From Antedon mediterranea (lineage: Eukaryota > Animalia > Echinodermata): DNA of 64,000 bases. Below are positions 62,401 to 64,000 of this stretch, one piece after another. The first letter of the stretch is position 1, and each line of letters opens with the position of its first letter. Made by a program: the position numbers and the translations under genes. Where the stretch lies: positions 34,097,648 to 34,161,647 of the forward strand of contig NC_092673.1 in assembly GCF_964355755.1 (NCBI RefSeq), given 5' to 3'. The notes beneath the pieces are model-generated. The model was not told the origin of the DNA. It saw only the letters and a list, made by a program, of their open reading frames with translations, and made no database searches.

Positions 62401-64000
62401 AATAATAATACTATTAACTATTGTAACATTTTTAATGTCATTTATGACTTGATTAATTTTGTATAGTATTTAAAATTAGCAATTAAAATTTCCATTTTTA
62501 TATAAAAAAAATGTATTAATAACATTTTTGATGTAATTTATAACTTGATTTTAAAATTAGATTAAAATTTCAGATTCCAGGTTCATTTAATCTAGTAGAA
62601 GGTATTACATTGTTTAATTTCACTGCCTATATTTGGGTATATAAGTAGGGCATTTATAAGTAAACAAATATCCCCAAAACAAGTGTACAGTATTACATGT
62701 CTTAAACATAAGGATCAGCACTTACTGTATGTGCTAGGCTTACATATTTGGGATATTTGCTTCTAAATTGGTTATGGTATTTCGCCAAGACGTCAAATGA
62801 ACGTACAGATAATGCCAAGAATGGCTTGATGAAATATTTTTAATTCTTCGATATAAAACAAAACCAAATTATTTTCCGGTTGTAGTATTGCTTGTGGTTT
62901 GTTAAATCCTTATTAATTAAATTAAATTAGACAAAGGAACGATCTCATGGGATATCCTTATTGTGGCATTTGGTAATCAAGGAATTTGACCTTTACAGAT
63001 CTAAATGAGAAATGGGAATACACAGTACAACCTGATCATCATTAGCCATATTGGCTATGAGTATGATACTATTGATAGGTTTCTGATTAGGGTATTGTTT
63101 TTGCTATGATTTTGAATGGTCCTCACAATAGTCAAGCATTATTAATGGTGCTCTAAATCTCATGGTGTGTTGAAAACATACACCACCAGGTTTTTCATTA
63201 AATTCAGGTCATTTATTGCGGTGCACTTTAGTATGCAATGCATAATGTTTTGAAATCCTATTACAGTATATGGAGTGAAATTATAATATGGACATAAATT
63301 TTTATATGATTATTTTGCCACATAGAGTATAACAAATTATTGTTTAGCTTCACCTCCCCTTTGGGATTTTGGAGTGCTCGCCCTTCCCCCCCCCCCTTTT
63401 TTTTTTTTATCAATTACTATTTTATGAAGAAAATCAGCTGATGATAAAGGAAAATTAAAATACCTTGATTACAAATGTTTAGCCATTACGTATAACCTTG
63501 TGAGGTAATTTTTCTGCATGATCGCAATCAAAAACGGTACTGGGTTTGATGATAATGTTATTCAATTAATAATTAATTAGTAATATAATTACTGATAATG
63601 TTTTACCGTATTTGAAAAACAGCTCTATATATACTGCAAGGTCGTTACATTTCGTTTATAATCATACTTTCTATTTTAATTATCTTACAGGGTCGAGTCC
63701 TTTGTTTAATACAGATGGTTTACTAGACGACGGTCAACACGATCAAGTAGTTCCATCCCTAATGTCGCCATCCCGCATGTCACCGCGTGATTACGGTGGA
63801 GAACGCTTCTCGCGAAAAGTGTTCGTAGGTGGACTACCACCCGACATAGACGAAGGTATACTTTCAAGTATTTAAATTATTTCAAACAAAATTCAGATAG
63901 TAGAATGTTCCCAGTGTCAAGAATTTAATTTTTGGTTTGTTCTTTGTAGAGGAAATTACCGCAAGTTTTCGTCGATTTGGACCTTTAGTTGTTGATTGGC
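49313..64000 (+). CDS. CPEB4: Cytoplasmic polyadenylation element-binding protein, CPEB2/3/4 (Orb2) subfamily, 3'-partial; join(49313..50416,54164..54281,63691..63855,63950..>64000)
   Basis: N-terminus MGDYG, the QDEI..EK and QQLSP motifs, SLEHQLLDIMK, and LDDG..DQ. RRM1 start ERFSRKVFVGGLPPDIDE/EEITASFRRFGPLVVDW is near-identical to CPEB2-4/Orb2. Introns are GT-AG and in frame. The symbol names the closest vertebrate paralogue; the gene is probably the single pro-orthologue of CPEB2/3/4. Confidence 0.95.
51330..51712. repeat. 24-bp minisatellite x 16 (AGGGTTCAATCCTGAC(C/T)TAGCGCC) in CPEB intron 1
   Basis: 16 TTCAAT cores between 51336 and 51711; explains the spurious (NPGARSGL)n ORF. Confidence 0.95.
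53727..53800. mobile_element. MITE family C, half copy in inverted orientation
   Basis: ctctgtctacaatatcaaactggtttgacaaaaaa...gtgcccaaatatggtagtgatatg. Confidence 0.65.
54164..54281 (+). CDS. CPEB4: CPEB coding exon 2 (118 bp): DRQMANSMGDPMKLSSLEHQLLDIMKGADQPLDPFGSGP
   Basis: Acceptor tttttctcag and donor gtaagt; matches the vertebrate DR...SLE..L.DIM exon. Not in the ORF track. Confidence 0.9.
54564..54708. mobile_element. MITE family C in CPEB intron 2
   Basis: gccctgtctacactatca ... aaactagtttgattatatagacagagct|TAA, with an internal duplication of tatcactaccatatttgg. Confidence 0.75.
57272..57289 (+). CDS. Candidate 18-nt frame-preserving CPEB microexon (S-SGYNI-G)
   Basis: tttctgcccgttatcag|CGAGTGGCTATAATATTG|gtaagg; phase 1-1, no stop codon. 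Confidence 0.3.
62249..62560. repeat. AT-rich ~112-bp tandem duplication plus a degenerate third copy
   Basis: aaattag.aatttcaatttctaggtttatttt...ttttgtatagtattta at ~62249 and ~62361. Confidence 0.85.
63691..63855 (+). CDS. CPEB4: CPEB exon (165 bp) leading into RRM1
   Basis: Acceptor tatcttacag and donor gtatac; SSPLFNTDGLLDDGQHDQ...RKVFVGGLPPDIDE. Confidence 0.95.
63950..64000 (+). CDS. CPEB4: CPEB RRM1 exon, truncated by the window end
   Basis: Acceptor tctttgtag; EEITASFRRFGPLVVDW. Confidence 0.95.

Noticed and set aside
54282-63690. HDV-like ribozyme analogous to the mammalian CPEB3 intronic ribozyme (closest candidate ccaccttactcgtgg near 58584-58598)
   Set aside because: I could not assemble P1/P1.1/P2/P4 by eye. 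An RNArobo or Infernal search would be needed to exclude it properly.

Overview
This is AT-rich animal genomic DNA, not prokaryotic. An invertebrate deuterostome such as an echinoderm is plausible, but that is inference only. Two spliced + strand genes can be reconstructed by hand. (1) A nicotinic acetylcholine receptor subunit of the alpha9/alpha10-like type: six firm exons between 31743 and 40382 plus a probable signal-peptide exon at 20488-20581, about 535 aa in total. It keeps the Cys-loop, the aromatic box and a cation-type M2, but the loop C vicinal Cys-Cys is replaced by Asp-Asp. (2) The 5' part of a CPEB2/3/4 (Orb2-type) gene, from 49313 to beyond 64000, with a Q-rich N-terminal exon, the start of RRM1 and a candidate 18-nt microexon. 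The rest is intron or intergenic sequence. It contains several MITE families (two with AGCT-type ends and TAA target duplications, one with CACTG ends), a 5'-truncated L2/Crack/CR1-type LINE, tRNA-derived SINE remnants and many minisatellites. These include an 18 x 79/82-bp array and a 16 x 24-bp array of Pol III B-boxes. Most ORFs in the supplied track are spurious. All calls were made by eye, with no database search.
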